Positions 40,165-51,966 of a stretch of DNA of 64,000 bases are shown in pieces. Positions within the stretch are counted from its first letter, which is position 1. Every line of letters begins with the position of its first letter. The stretch lies in NCBI RefSeq assembly GCF_001194135.2, contig NC_068982.1:61135223-61199222 (forward strand), read 5' to 3'. The notes below the pieces were generated by a model. That model had not been told where the DNA came from. It saw only the letters and a program-made list of their open reading frames with translations, and made no database searches. The position numbers and the translations under genes are program-made. The stretch is from Octopus bimaculoides (lineage: Eukaryota).

Positions 40165-40730
40165 AAGACTAACAAATACTGTCTTCCAGATAGGATTGCC
40201 TTGTTATTTTTAATTCAAAAGCTAATTTGGGATAATAATACTTTAGTGCTTCAACTCAGTTCTGCACAACATTATGGTCATTTGGTATTGCTGCATCAAT
40301 AATTAATATACTATTGTCATTTTTGTCATAGAAAATTACATTCTGTGCTATCTCTTGGTGTGTTTGTAAGACAGAATTCCACAGTATTTTTGTGTTGTTG
40401 CTTTCCAATAGAAGACATCAGAATATAATCAAAACATTGAATTATTTCACTCTTCATCACACGATCAACTCACACAACTTTTTTATTATATCTCCTATGG
40501 ATTAATATTTGTTAAAGCCAATTTCCTCTGGCTCTGAATGTTACTAATTTCAACCTTCTGCTATTTCCCCCATTTGATTGAATTTAAATATACTGTGATA
40601 CTTTCATGTAACTGGTTCATTTGAGAGTTCCTTCTACAGTTCCAGTTGGTTTGTTTTAATTTATCTTCTATCCAACACTTTTGAATTTATTCACCTCCTC
40701 ATCTTGGATTTGCAGAATCAGCAGAGCATC
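40165..40730 (-). pseudogene. decayed R4/Dong-type non-LTR retrotransposon, restriction-like endonuclease region (copy 1)
   Basis: The minus strand translates to LLESNNTKILWNSVLQTHQEIAQNVIFYDKNDNSILIIDAAIPNDHNVVQN*VEALKYY. This fits the EN...ILWD..IQTD...(RPD)IV..DK...LIID.A.P.D RLE pattern, with the RPD motif lost. Confidence 0.7.
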
Positions 40731-40904
40731 AGAAAAAAATGTGTTGTGGTATTTTTTCCCAGTCCTTTACAATCTAAATTGAAATTCTACTGAGGTCAAC
40801 TTTGCCTTTCATTCTTCCAGAGTTGACTAGGGTCAACAGTACCAGCTTACCTCTGGCCTCAAAATTTCTGGCCTTATGCCTAAATTACAAACCATTATTA
40901 TTAT

Positions 40905-41450
40905 TGAGTGAGAGAGCAGTGCATGACATCAAAGTGAAACTGGAGTGCAAATATACGAAGTCCAATATACCCATCATGACTACCTGTACACCAGGCATAT
41001 GCATCACAACCATATGTGCATGACATGGTGATCTTATATCAAGATAAACAGCACATGAGCTTGCAGGTGGAACCCAGCTAGAATTTTCTTCAGGTTGAGT
41101 AGCTCATCCCACTCAAAAGGTCCCTGAATAAGGGCTGTTTAAGGATGATGAACAAAACACCCATGTTTCCAGAGGTGAATGATTCAAACCCAAAGAATTC
41201 CTTTCAACACATGGCTATGATGCTCCCCCACTACTTCTGCTCATGATCATAGACGCACATATCATCAGCCACCAAGGAACATGCTTAAATGGTTACAGTC
41301 AAACAACTGACAAGCAAATTTGTGGTATTGAGCAGAATATTTGCTGTTGCCCATCTTCTACACCAAGATAAAACATGTACATGATAACACTTCCAATCAG
41401 TTGACATCAGAAACCATGAGAGTCAGTGCCTCATATTGCATCAGCACAAG
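40905..41450 (+). mobile_element. unclassified dispersed repeat family D
   Basis: The segment 41180-41350 matches the reverse complement of about 43860-44035. Confidence 0.65.
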
Positions 41451-41524
41451 TGTGTATCTGTGTGTCTATGTGGTTGTTTGTGTGTAATTATTATTATCAT
41501 TATTATTATCATTAGTAGTAGTAT

Positions 41525-41586
<62 letters not shown>

Positions 41587-41588
41587 TT

Positions 41589-41810
41589 GGAGCAATGAAC
41601 TGGCAGAATCGTTAGTATGCTGGGCAAAATGCTTAGTGGCATTTCATTGGTCTTTACATTCTGAGTAAAAATTCCACCGAGATAGACTTTGTCTTTCATC
41701 CTTTCAGGGTCAATGAAATAAGTACCAGTTATACACTGGGGTCAATGTAATCGACTATCCCCCTCACTCAAAGTTTCAGGCCTTGTGCCTATAGTAGAAA
41801 GGATTATTAT
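41589..41810 (+). mobile_element. SINE family C (after a (TAG)n tract at 41510-41586)
   Basis: gagcaatgaactggcagaatcgttag...ggccttgtgcctatagtagaaaggattatt. Confidence 0.85.
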
Positions 41811-42413
41811 TGTTGTATTTTGACCTGACGATTAGCTGTATTTTTGAATAGAATTTATTTTCGATAATTTTAATTGATTTTAATCAATTTAAATTTCCTT
41901 CCTATTTGAAAATTAGTTATGAAACACATGTAGTCATTTTATTATCTTTATCTTATATTTACTTTGTATTATATTATACTCATTTATTGTGCTTTTAATT
42001 ATTAATTTTTCTATATGTGACAGTGGATTTTCATCAATGAGTTCAAGAATTTTGGTTCTTTTCCCTAAAACTATATATTTATATATATTTTACTCAGTAA
42101 AGCTTAATTTAATTTTAATTTTTTATAAATTGATTTTAATTGAGTTTTTACCTGTAATTTTGGATTTTGTCCCTAATATTATTATATATACATATATACA
42201 TATACATACATATATATACACACACACACACANNNNNNNNNNNNNNNNNNNNNNNNNNNNNNNNNNNNNNNNNNNNNNNNNNNNNNNNNNNNNNNNNNNN
42301 NNNNNNNNNNNNNNNNNNNNNNNNNNNNNNNNNNNNNNNNNNNNNNNNNNNNNNNNNNNNNNNNNNNNNNNNNNNNNNNNNNNNNNNNNNNNNNNNNNNN
42401 NNNNNNNNNNNNN

Positions 42414-42463
<50 letters not shown>

Positions 42464-42498
42464 GAAAATGGAATAATTACTATGAAGCATTGTGTAGA

Positions 42499-42816
42499 AT
42501 ATATTGTATAAAGATCGTGGGTAAGGCCAAAACAATGCGAAGTAAATGAAAGGTAAATCACAAGAAAACACATATGTGAATTAATGTAGACTTACCTGGC
42601 ATTCAATATTTCAGGGTTATGACCCATTTTCAAGAAACCGGTGAATGTTGCCAATGTATGCATGTATGCGGCAACATTCGTCAATTTCTTGAAAATTGGG
42701 TCATAACCCTGAAATATTGAATACAAGGTAAGTCTACATTAATTCACATATTTGTTTTCTTGTGATTTACCTTGTATTTACTTCACATTGTTTTGGCCTT
42801 ACCCATGATCCTTTAT

Positions 42817-42825
<9 letters not shown>
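42499..42825. mobile_element. palindromic (foldback) MITE, ~150-bp arms
   Basis: The left arm atattgtataaagatcgtgggtaaggcc...gaatgttgcc pairs with ggcaacattc...ggccttacccatgatcctttatacaatat. The loop is 42653-42669 (17 nt). Confidence 0.92.
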
Positions 42826-42847
<22 letters not shown>

Positions 42848-43160
42848 TCTTTTACTTGCTTCAGTCATTAGACTGTGGGCATGCTGGGGCACCACCTTGA
42901 ACAACTTCCTTAGTCAAATGTATCAACCCTAGTATTTATTTTTTTGAAGCCTGGTACTTCTTTTATTGGTCTCTTATGCCAAACTGCTAAGTTACTGGGA
43001 TGTAAACACACCAGCACCAGTTGTCAAGCAGTAGTAGGGGGAGGGGATAAACACAGACACAAACAAAAGAAATATATATATACACACACATATGACAGGC
43101 TTCTTTTGGTTTCCATCTACCAAATTTACTCAGAAGGCTTTGGGTAGCCCAGGGTTATGT
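42848..43160 (-). mobile_element. SINE family A, 5'-truncated
   Basis: cttttacttgcttcagtcattagactgtgggcatgctggggcacc...ccatctaccaaatttactcagaaggcttt. Confidence 0.8.
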
Positions 43161-43529
43161 TTATTTTCTCCTACTCAGTTCCATACAAATCTCCAATATT
43201 GTAATTTGTCCTTGTAACATTCCTTAATCCATTAACTTAAGACAAATATATAAAAAAAAAAAAACAAGACTTCAAATCTGGTCAAAATCATCTTTGCTTT
43301 TATCCTTCCTAAATTGATAATAGATACCAGTCCTGAATTAGGGGTTTAATTAAATCAAACATACAGTTTCTCTCCCAGAAATCCTTATTATTCTTATTTT
43401 GAGCCCTTGTGGCTTAAAACAAAAATAGCTATTGTTCGACTTGACTCAGGATTGGTCTTATTCTTCACAGAATACATGGGTGTAACTTCAGGTACCCACA
43501 AGATTTCAATGAGCCATTAAATTCTTAAC

Positions 43530-44348
43530 TTTTGATGACCATTCCAGTTCCTAAGAGGAAAACTTTCAGGAGAGTATCTACAGAACATTCCATTCCAAAT
43601 GTCTTTTATCTATTTGTCTACTTCATCACTCACAGTTCCCAAAGCACCAATTACACTGTGTAACAAAATTCTGATTTTTTTTTTGTCTTTGGACAGAAGG
43701 TGTAATTTCCAATTTGCTTCTATCTAGAAATCAAAAGAAATGACCACCATTCCCTTCAAACTTTGCTTTTGTGACTTGGACATCAATGTTTTGAAACTGA
43801 CCTATTTTCCATTACATTATAGTCAGCTTCAGCACTGTGTTGCTGAAGCAGAAATATCTTTATAACAAATATTCTGCTCAATATCACAGATTTGTTTGTT
43901 AGTTGCTTGACTATAACCACTTGAGTATGTCCCTTAGTGGCTGACAATATGTGCATCTCTGATTATGAGGAGAAGTAGTGGGGGAGCATAATAGCCATGT
44001 GTTGAGAGGGATTCTTTGACATTTGAATAAATTCAACAAAAACAAAGTTTGAAGAAAATATCAGCTATTTTTCAGTTTCTAGGGGTAAGCAAATAGGAAA
44101 TAACAGTTGCTACCCAAGGACAAAAATTGTGTTACACAGTGTTATCAGTGGTACCATCTTTACAGACTTTATGTTCCAAATCCTCACAATCTCAAACTTT
44201 AAAGGGTTGTATCTTTCAGCTTCTGATCTGCTTCCTTCACAATCCTAGTATCAAATGAACATGATGGATCAATCAGTAAATAAATTCAATTTTCCTTGTC
44301 TATTACTGTAACATCTGGCTTGTTACATTCAATATTCCTATCCATTTG
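43530..44348 (-). pseudogene. decayed R4/Dong-type LINE 3' end (copy 2), split by a Chapaev3-type MITE
   Basis: The minus strand gives IQMDRNIECNKPDVTVIDKEN*IYLLIDPSCSFDTRIV, then (frameshift) AERYNPLKFEIVRIWNIKSVKMVPLI | IGALGTV ... LKVFLLGTGMVIKS*. Removing 43654-44144 restores VPLIIGALGTV. Confidence 0.85.
43654..44141. mobile_element. Chapaev3/CACTA-type (CMC) non-autonomous DNA transposon with nested family D fragment
   Basis: TTA|CACTGTGTAAC ... GTTACACAGTG|TTA gives a 3-bp TTA TSD at 43651-43653 and 44142-44144. The imperfect TIRs extend about 100 bp (tttccaatttgctt...caaactttg mirrored). Confidence 0.8.
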
Positions 44349-44375
44349 AATCATCATTATAGCAGTTGTTGTTGC

Positions 44376-44420
<45 letters not shown>

Positions 44421-45257
44421 AGTAATGCCTTGTAAAATCAATAGACCTTTGTGTGCAAAATACCTTGAATGACATTGATTTAATTCTTATCACCTCTGCC
44501 CAAAATGTGGGTCATTATGCCTATGTCAGAAATTATAATAAATATTAATTAGGTGAAGATCTATTCTGAAGGATTACTAGGGATCCTTTCCTCTAGCAGA
44601 AATGACATTCCTAGGATTGTGGACATGTTTACATAAGAGATCTATTAACTTGACTGGGAAACCAAGGAATGTGAGTTTGTTGCATCCCAAATCATGTATT
44701 GCCACCACACACAAACGATTAGAAAGAAGAGGAAAGGAGCAAAGAATAAAAAAAATAAAAAATAAAAAATAAAAAATTACACATTTCCTCCACAAAATGA
44801 CAAACTCGGTGTGTGGAACCAGAAATATCATATATATAAAGAACATTAGTGTTGCATTATCCCCTTCACCTATTTTTCTTGGAGATGGGTGGCAATATCT
44901 GTTCAAACTTCATGAATCATAATTAATTAATTATAAAACCACTGAAGCCAAACCAGGAAGTTAGAATCTTTAAGAAACAAACAAATATATATATATAAAT
45001 ATATACACAATAAAATACCAGCAATCCCACCACCATCACAATCACAATCACTGCTAACATCGTAATCACCACCATGACCACCACAATCGCTACCACCCCA
45101 ACACTTCAAACACAACACATGTTATTGTTTTCAAAATTTCAACCAGACTCTTGTCTAAAAGTTTTCACCCATCCACTCCGATATTTCAAACTAGACTTAC
45201 TGGCAACAAAAATGAGGAATTCTCTCATGTTAGCGTCTCATTAGGATTTTTCATTCT

Positions 45258-45289
<32 letters not shown>

Positions 45290-46322
45290 TTAATTATTTA
45301 AATATTTTTCATTTTGTTTATATATTTTATTAAAAATGAGAATACAAAGAGAGGCCATAGCCACACAAACACAGTCACAAACACCGGCCACATACAAAGA
45401 CAGACATACACACACACAATCAGTCACATACAGTCTCTCTCTCTCTCTCTCACATATACATAGAGTCACAAATGCAACCACACACATATACACACATGAA
45501 CACAAAGAGACACAGAGTTAAACACACAAGCACATGCACACACAAACACATGTACGCATACACAAAAGCCATCTTCAAAGACTACATTGTGAATAGTTAT
45601 TGCTGATAATCCATATGTCCAACCCTTTGGCCGTCTACACAAATAAGAAAGCAGTNNNNNNNNNNNNNNNNNNNNNNNNNNNNNNNNNNNNNNNNNNNNN
45701 NNNNNNNNNNNNNNNNNNNNNNNNNNNNNNNNNNNNNNNNNNNNNNNNNNNNNNNNNNNNNNNNNNNNNNNNNNNNNNNNNNNNNNNNNNNNNNNNNNNN
45801 NNNNNNNNNNNNNNNNNNNNNNNNNNNNNNNNNNNNNNNNNNNNNNNNNNNNNNNNNNNNNNNNNNNNATGAAGGATAAGTGAAAATGTCTATGCTCTCC
45901 ACAGCTATCTATCAAACCAACTAAATACAGTTTGGGTGGCCCGGCAAGAGATTAGAACTGAAAATTAGTATTTGATGAATGGTGTGTTTCAGATTTAGCA
46001 TCTTCTGTGTGCATGTGTGTGTGTGTGTGTGTGTGTGTGAGTGTGCGCACGCATGTGTATGTATTTGTGTGTGTATGCTTGTGTGTGTGTATTTCTATAT
46101 TTGTGTGTGGACACGTGTGTGTATGTGTTTGTGTGTGTGTGTATGTGTGCCCGTGTATGTAAGCATGACTTGTATGAGTTTATATATGACAGTTAACATG
46201 TATGAGGTTGTGTCTGTATTCATGTTTATCTAATTGCCTGTGTAAAGCTCTGTGCGGGCACATACATGAATACATGCATGTATGTATGTATGTATGTATG
46301 TATGTATGTATGTGTGTATGTA

Positions 46323-46353
<31 letters not shown>

Positions 46354-46537
46354 GTAAGTGTATTTGTGGATCCATATGCATACATGCATGATTGTATTCA
46401 TGTTTATTTAATTCCCTGTTTACACATATGTGCATGTGTGTGCATGCGCATGCCTATATGAGCTTTTTGCGCAAGTGTGCGAGCATGCATTTGAGTATGC
46501 ATGTTTGCTTTCATGTTCATCTAATTGCTTATGTATC

Positions 46538-46573
<36 letters not shown>

Positions 46574-46650
46574 CGTGTGTCTGTGTGTGTGTGTGTGTGT
46601 AAGAACTCTATGTGTGATAAACACATTATTTATTATCCAATGGTTTGAGT

Positions 46651-46732
46651 GTTATTCTATCCCGCTTCATGTGATGCTGGATTGTTTGAAGAAGACACCA
46701 ACAGTGTCATTTTGAAGTGCCATATTAATGGC
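46651..46732 (+). ncRNA. candidate pre-miRNA-like hairpin
   Basis: Manual fold: GUUAUU/AAUGGC basal stem, GCUUCA/UGAAGU, UGAUGCUG/CAGUGUCA, UGUUU/AGACA and a GAAGA loop. G-U pairs favour the + strand. A CGAC (CNNC) motif lies at 46732-46735. I recognise no match to known miRNAs. Confidence 0.3.
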
Positions 46733-47339
46733 GACTGCATATTTCATTTATTTATTTATTCATTCAGTCATTCATTCTTTCTTTTATTTATGTATTTATT
46801 TTAGCATGTATCGGATCAACATCCAATCCCATTTCCTAATCTAACTAATTGATCTACTAACGATATAAACGTCTCTAACAGAAACCATTAAGACTTCTTA
46901 TGTAATTGATATTAGACATTTATAGGCATCAATTTCTGACAGAAAAGAGAAACCAAGTCAGTGATGGGACTTGAACTGGGAAGCTAGTGCTTGCCAAGCA
47001 ATCATGTTGCCTATTACACTATTGTTAATACATAAATTTAAATATGCAATGATCCCTATACAAAACTTAACTCTATGTTTATGTAGATGATGAAATGCAT
47101 AAGAGAAGTTGGCAGATACTCTGTAGTGTGATCAACAACAGTTGAAATCACAGAAGTGAAACTTCCTCTTTTCTGTCTCAAATTGGATGCTACGTTTGAT
47201 CTCTCTCTCTCTCTCTCACTCACTGAGGCATGGCTATGTGGTTAAAAAGTGAGCTTTGTAACTAATTGGTTTTGGGTTAAGTTTCATTACACAGCATCAA
47301 GCTAACTATACATGCATATATACACACACATGTGTACAT

Positions 47340-47375
<36 letters not shown>

Positions 47376-47833
47376 CTGTGTGGTTGAGAAGTTCACTTTC
47401 CAAACATGTGCTTTCAGATTCAGTCTCATTTATGGTAGGAGACTGATGAGGTGTTTGTATGATTGCATAACGTTTCTAGTACAGTCATGTAATTCTTTCA
47501 GCACTTCACTGAAACACGTGCATGTTCTATAAAGCTTTGAATACCCCACCTGTTTTCTACTTATTATTATTTTTCTATTACTTGGCTTGTATTTCACACT
47601 CTAGCCTGTTTAGATTTTGGTATCCCATGTTGTACTACACTGAATACGGAAGTGGGGTGTGGGACTCACTACTGAGCCTGATTTTGGTGGCATGTCACAC
47701 TTTGCCTTGCCCCACTTATCGATATATTTATAGATGAATGTATTTATATGTGTGTATTATCATTAATTTTGCATCTGCTTTTCCTTCCATTTTGCTAACA
47801 AGATTTAACAAGCCGATGTGATTGTATACACAA

Positions 47834-47898
<65 letters not shown>

Positions 47899-48067
47899 AA
47901 TGAGTCCCTCCAATTTACTGAAACTCTTAGAGTGTTTGTAAGGAGTACCTGTATAGGCAGTTAAAGGGAGTACACAGTCATGAATAAAATCCCAATATAA
48001 GATTACATTTCGTATGTGTATTTCGTGTGCAAGATTCTTGATGTGGATACGTGTGTTGAAAGAAATA

Positions 48068-48350
48068 CAATTAAACCTTGGGAGAGGCATTATGCCGGTA
48101 ATAAACACACGCACTGGTTCAGTCCTTTATTAATTTATATAGTTTTTTGTTAAATTATTTCATTGCACTCTTGCAATCTCTTCAGTAACTTGTCTCTCCA
48201 CTTCCATTTATTTTGAATATATGATCTAGTTACTGAAGAGATTGCAAGAGTGCAATGAAATAATTTAACAAAAAACTATATAAATTAATAAAGGACTGAA
48301 CCAGTGCGTGTGTTTATTACCGGCATAATGCCTCTCCCAAGGTTTAATTG
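48068..48350. mobile_element. perfect palindromic MITE with TA TSD
   Basis: The 123-bp arms (48068-48190 and 48228-48350) read as exact reverse complements, with a 37-nt loop. TA flanks both ends. Confidence 0.95.
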
Positions 48351-48459
48351 TATAAGATTACAGCTAGTCCAGTTGATCCCTTTTTTTCTATCCACAAGGA
48401 TATTGTACTTAAAGACAAGGTGTTTATATCTGTCTGCTACATATAGTATTGGCTAAAAT

Positions 48460-48813
48460 CATCATCATCATCATCATCGTTTAACGTCCGCTTTCCATGC
48501 TAGCATGGGTTGGACGATTTGACTGAGGACTGGTGAAACCGGATGGCAACACCAGGCTCCAATCTAATTTGGCAGAGTTTCTACAGCTGGATGCCCTTCC
48601 TAACGCCAACCACTCAGAGAGTGTAGTGGGTGCTTTTACGTGTCACCCGCACGAAAACGGCCACGCTCGAAATGGTGTCTTTTATGTGCCACCCGCACAA
48701 GCCAGTCCAGGGGCACTGGCAACGATCTCACTCGAAAATCCTACGGGTGCCAGTCAGGCGGTACTGGCAATGGCCACGCTCAAAATGGTGCATCTCATGT
48801 GCCACCCGCACAT
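48460..48813 (-). mobile_element. young RTE-tailed non-autonomous retroelement (family B)
   Basis: It has a (GAT)n tail and the 3' end shared with the RTE LINE at 56242-56973. The internal motif gtgccacccgcac is repeated. It is about 98% identical to 51422-51748 by manual comparison. Confidence 0.9.
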
Positions 48814-49315
48814 GTAGATATAATCAATAATAAAATATAGCATTTAAACAAAACACTATTACATCCAGTAATTTACACACATACACACACACAAACACAA
48901 ATATATATGCATACAATTCTTATTAACACATGCACACACACACACACACACACATACACACACACACACACACACACGTATACATACAGACTCTAAATTT
49001 CTAGGCCAGTGACTGGAGGCAATGTAAAGTCAAGAGAATTTAAGTTGCTATCTCCCCAACAAGATTATGTAATGCAGGTGCCATAATAAGCTGACAGAAT
49101 ATGTTACAAGACTGATGTCAGAGAGGGTATCCAGACACAGAAGCCATGCCAAAACTAGAACATTTCATTAAGGCCAAGTACGCCAACATATCTAGGAGAG
49201 CAGTAATTCTAAATAAGAACTGATTCAGACAATGACAACCTATTTAACATGATGGGAAAAATTTTGATGATATGTACAGTTCTTGAAGTGTGTGAGGGGG
49301 GGGGGTATCAATGTA

Positions 49316-50011
49316 CAGGGTGTCCACAAAGTCTGGGTACATGCAGATTAACACATACTTTAAGAAATTATTATTTTTTTATATTTAATTGTTATGTTAT
49401 GATTTTATTTACTCCATGTACCCACATGGGGATTAACACATACTTTAAGAAATTATTATTTCTTATATTTAATTGTTTATGTCATGATTTTATTTACTCC
49501 ATGTACCTACATGGGGATTAACACATACTTTAAGAAATTATTATTTTTTATATTTAATTGTTTATGTTATGATTTTATTTACTCCATGTAGCCAGACTTT
49601 GTGGACACCCTGTATATGGNNNNNNNNNNNNNNNNNNNNNNNNNNNNNNNNNNNNNNNNNNNNNNNNNNNNNNNNNNNNNNNNNNNNNNNNNNNNNNNNN
49701 NNNNNNNNNNNNNNNNNNNNNNNNNNNNNNNNNNNNNNNNNNNNNNNNNNNNNNNNNNNNNNNNNNNNNNNNNNNNNNNNNNNNNNNNTGTTATGTTATG
49801 ATTTTATTTACTCCATGTACCCACATGGGGATTAACACATACTTTAAGAAATTATTATTTCTTATATTTAATTGTTTATGTCATGATTTTATTTACTCCA
49901 TGTACCTACATGGGGATTAACACATACTTTAAGAAATTATTATTTTTTATATTTAATTGTTTATGTTATGATTTTATTTACTCCATGTAGCCAGACTTTG
50001 TGGACACCCTG
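49316..50011. mobile_element. Tc1/mariner-type MITE containing an 85-bp tandem repeat (right end duplicated across gap)
   Basis: TA|cagggtgtccacaaagtctgggtacatg ... catgtagccagactttgtggacaccctg|TA, with the right TIR ending at 49612 and again at 50011. The 85-bp units start at 49346, 49431 and 49516. Confidence 0.9.
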
Positions 50012-50149
50012 TATATGGTTATGTACAAACATAATAGCATTTATTTTTTCTTCTTTAGATTGAATTTTTTTTCAATCTACATAGACATCCCTCTAATAGT
50101 CTGTCATCAACTCGGTAACTGAAAGGCTACAGTTGACCACTAGTCTGTC

Positions 50150-50385
50150 AACATATATTGAAGCTGGTCAACCTTTGCTCCTGCGGCCACACTACTTTAC
50201 AGATACAGAACTTGAACCCTGACAAAAACATTGCAGGAAAAACTATACAGAATGCTACAACTGCTTACTCCAACACACACTGGATATTGAATAGCAACAG
50301 AGGTTGACCAATATTAGAGATGGTCAGTGCCAGAAGACTCCGTTTTGCTGGGCACAGCCACCAGGTCAGGAATAGAATTACTATT
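50150..50385 (+). pseudogene. decayed RTE-X-like LINE C-terminal fragment
   Basis: Translates to T*TLTKTLQEKLYRMLQLL and ILEMVSARRLRFAGHSHQ (cf. ETWTLTK...RML and RRLRFAGHC). Confidence 0.7.
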
Positions 50386-51421
50386 TTCTAAATTCCATAC
50401 AAAATGTTAATCCAATTGTATTACTATATTAGGCAAATTCAATGTAATTTCAAAGTAAAAATATCCATTACCATAGATTTCATCTATTTGGAGATAGTAA
50501 GAAAGCTTCTATGAAGTGACTCACTTTGTTCAATGAACCAAAGTAATTTCTCTCATCAAACAGACAAGCATACTTCAATCAAGAACCACATATTGGAACA
50601 GATGCTTCCAAAATTAAATATGAGATAACAATAGTGAGATTACTGATTGATATGCAATATCTGTAAATTGTATAAACATGTCAATTTAGGGTGAAGTTTT
50701 ATCTCTCAATCGACAATCAGTTGACCTAGCTGTATCAATTGACAATTTCCTACCAAATCTCATATATGGATTACTAAACTAATTGTCACTATATCTACTG
50801 CATCTATTAAAATCTGTTCAGTGGGGCAGAAAAAGCCTTTAAAAAGATGCTATATTTTTTTAAAAAACCACAATTAAAAAATAATAATAAAAAAATCGAA
50901 AAGTAGGAGAGTAAAGCGTTATCACATTAAATAAAAAAAAATTAATTTTTATACATAATCTCTATAAAGTGCTCTTAATATATATAAAGAATTGTATATT
51001 TGGTAAAATAAATTCAAATCAACTTCCTCCTTTTTTCTTTCCAACTGAATAAAAAAACTGTTAAATGAAAGAAGTTTGTGTATGATAAATTATGTATGTT
51101 CAATCCCTCTCAGAATGTCTGAATATTCTAAATCTCCTAAGTAAGTACAAGATAAGATAAGATGTTCATTGATTTCCTGTAGGATTTAGGCTTTCTGAAA
51201 TAGAATTATGGCAGAATTAATAATTAGCCAAGGACTTCCATCTCTGTTTTTCACTTGTTTAAATTAAAAACAAATTAAAGTTTCTTATTCAACACCGCAA
51301 TTGATATTAAATTATACATTCATACATACAGGGAGAGAGAGAGAAAGAAAGAGAAATACATATACATACACAAGCATGTCTATGTAGAAATACATATACA
51401 AATATATATATATACTCATAT

Positions 51422-51748
51422 ATATGTGCGGGTGGCACATGAGATGCACCATTTTGAGCGTGGCCGTTGCCAGTACCGCCTGACTGGCTCCCATAGGATT
51501 TTCGAGCGAGATCGTTGCCAGTGCCCCTGGACTGGCTTGTGCGGGTGGCACATAAAAGACACCATTTCGAGCGTGGCCGTTTTCGTGCGGGTGACACGTA
51601 AAAGCACCCACTACACTCTCTGAGTGGTTGCAGTTAGGAAGGGCATCCAGCTGTAGAAACTCTGCCAAATTAGATTGGAGCCTGGTGTTGCCATCCGGTT
51701 TCACCAGTCCTCAGTCAAATCGTCCAACCCATGCTAGCATGGAAAGTG
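51422..51748 (+). mobile_element. young RTE-tailed element (family B)
   Basis: Near-identical reverse complement of 48460-48813. The 3' tail is cut by the gap at 51749. Confidence 0.9.
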
Positions 51749-51807
51749 NNNNNNNNNNTATATAGTAAATTTATGTATATGCGCATGTATGTGTGTGTAC
51801 ATATATA

Positions 51808-51966
51808 GCAGACTCTGTAAAGTGGTTGGCATTAGGAATGGCATCCAGCCGTAGAAACAATGCCAAAACAGACAACTGAACCCTGGACACCACTCCAGCT
51901 GGCCAGCTCCTGTCAAACCATCCAACCCATGCCAGCATGGAAAATTGACGTTAAATGATGATGATG
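51808..51966 (+). mobile_element. older RTE-type 3' end fragment
   Basis: gtggttggcattaggaatggcatccagccgtagaaac...gacgttaaatgatgatgatg. Confidence 0.8.

Noticed and set aside
48533-48840. Recurrent ORF MKPDGNTRLQSNLAEFLQLDAL... (also at 51312-51704 and 55643)
   Set aside because: It recurs only because it is the antisense read of a young repeat (family B), not because it is a gene family.
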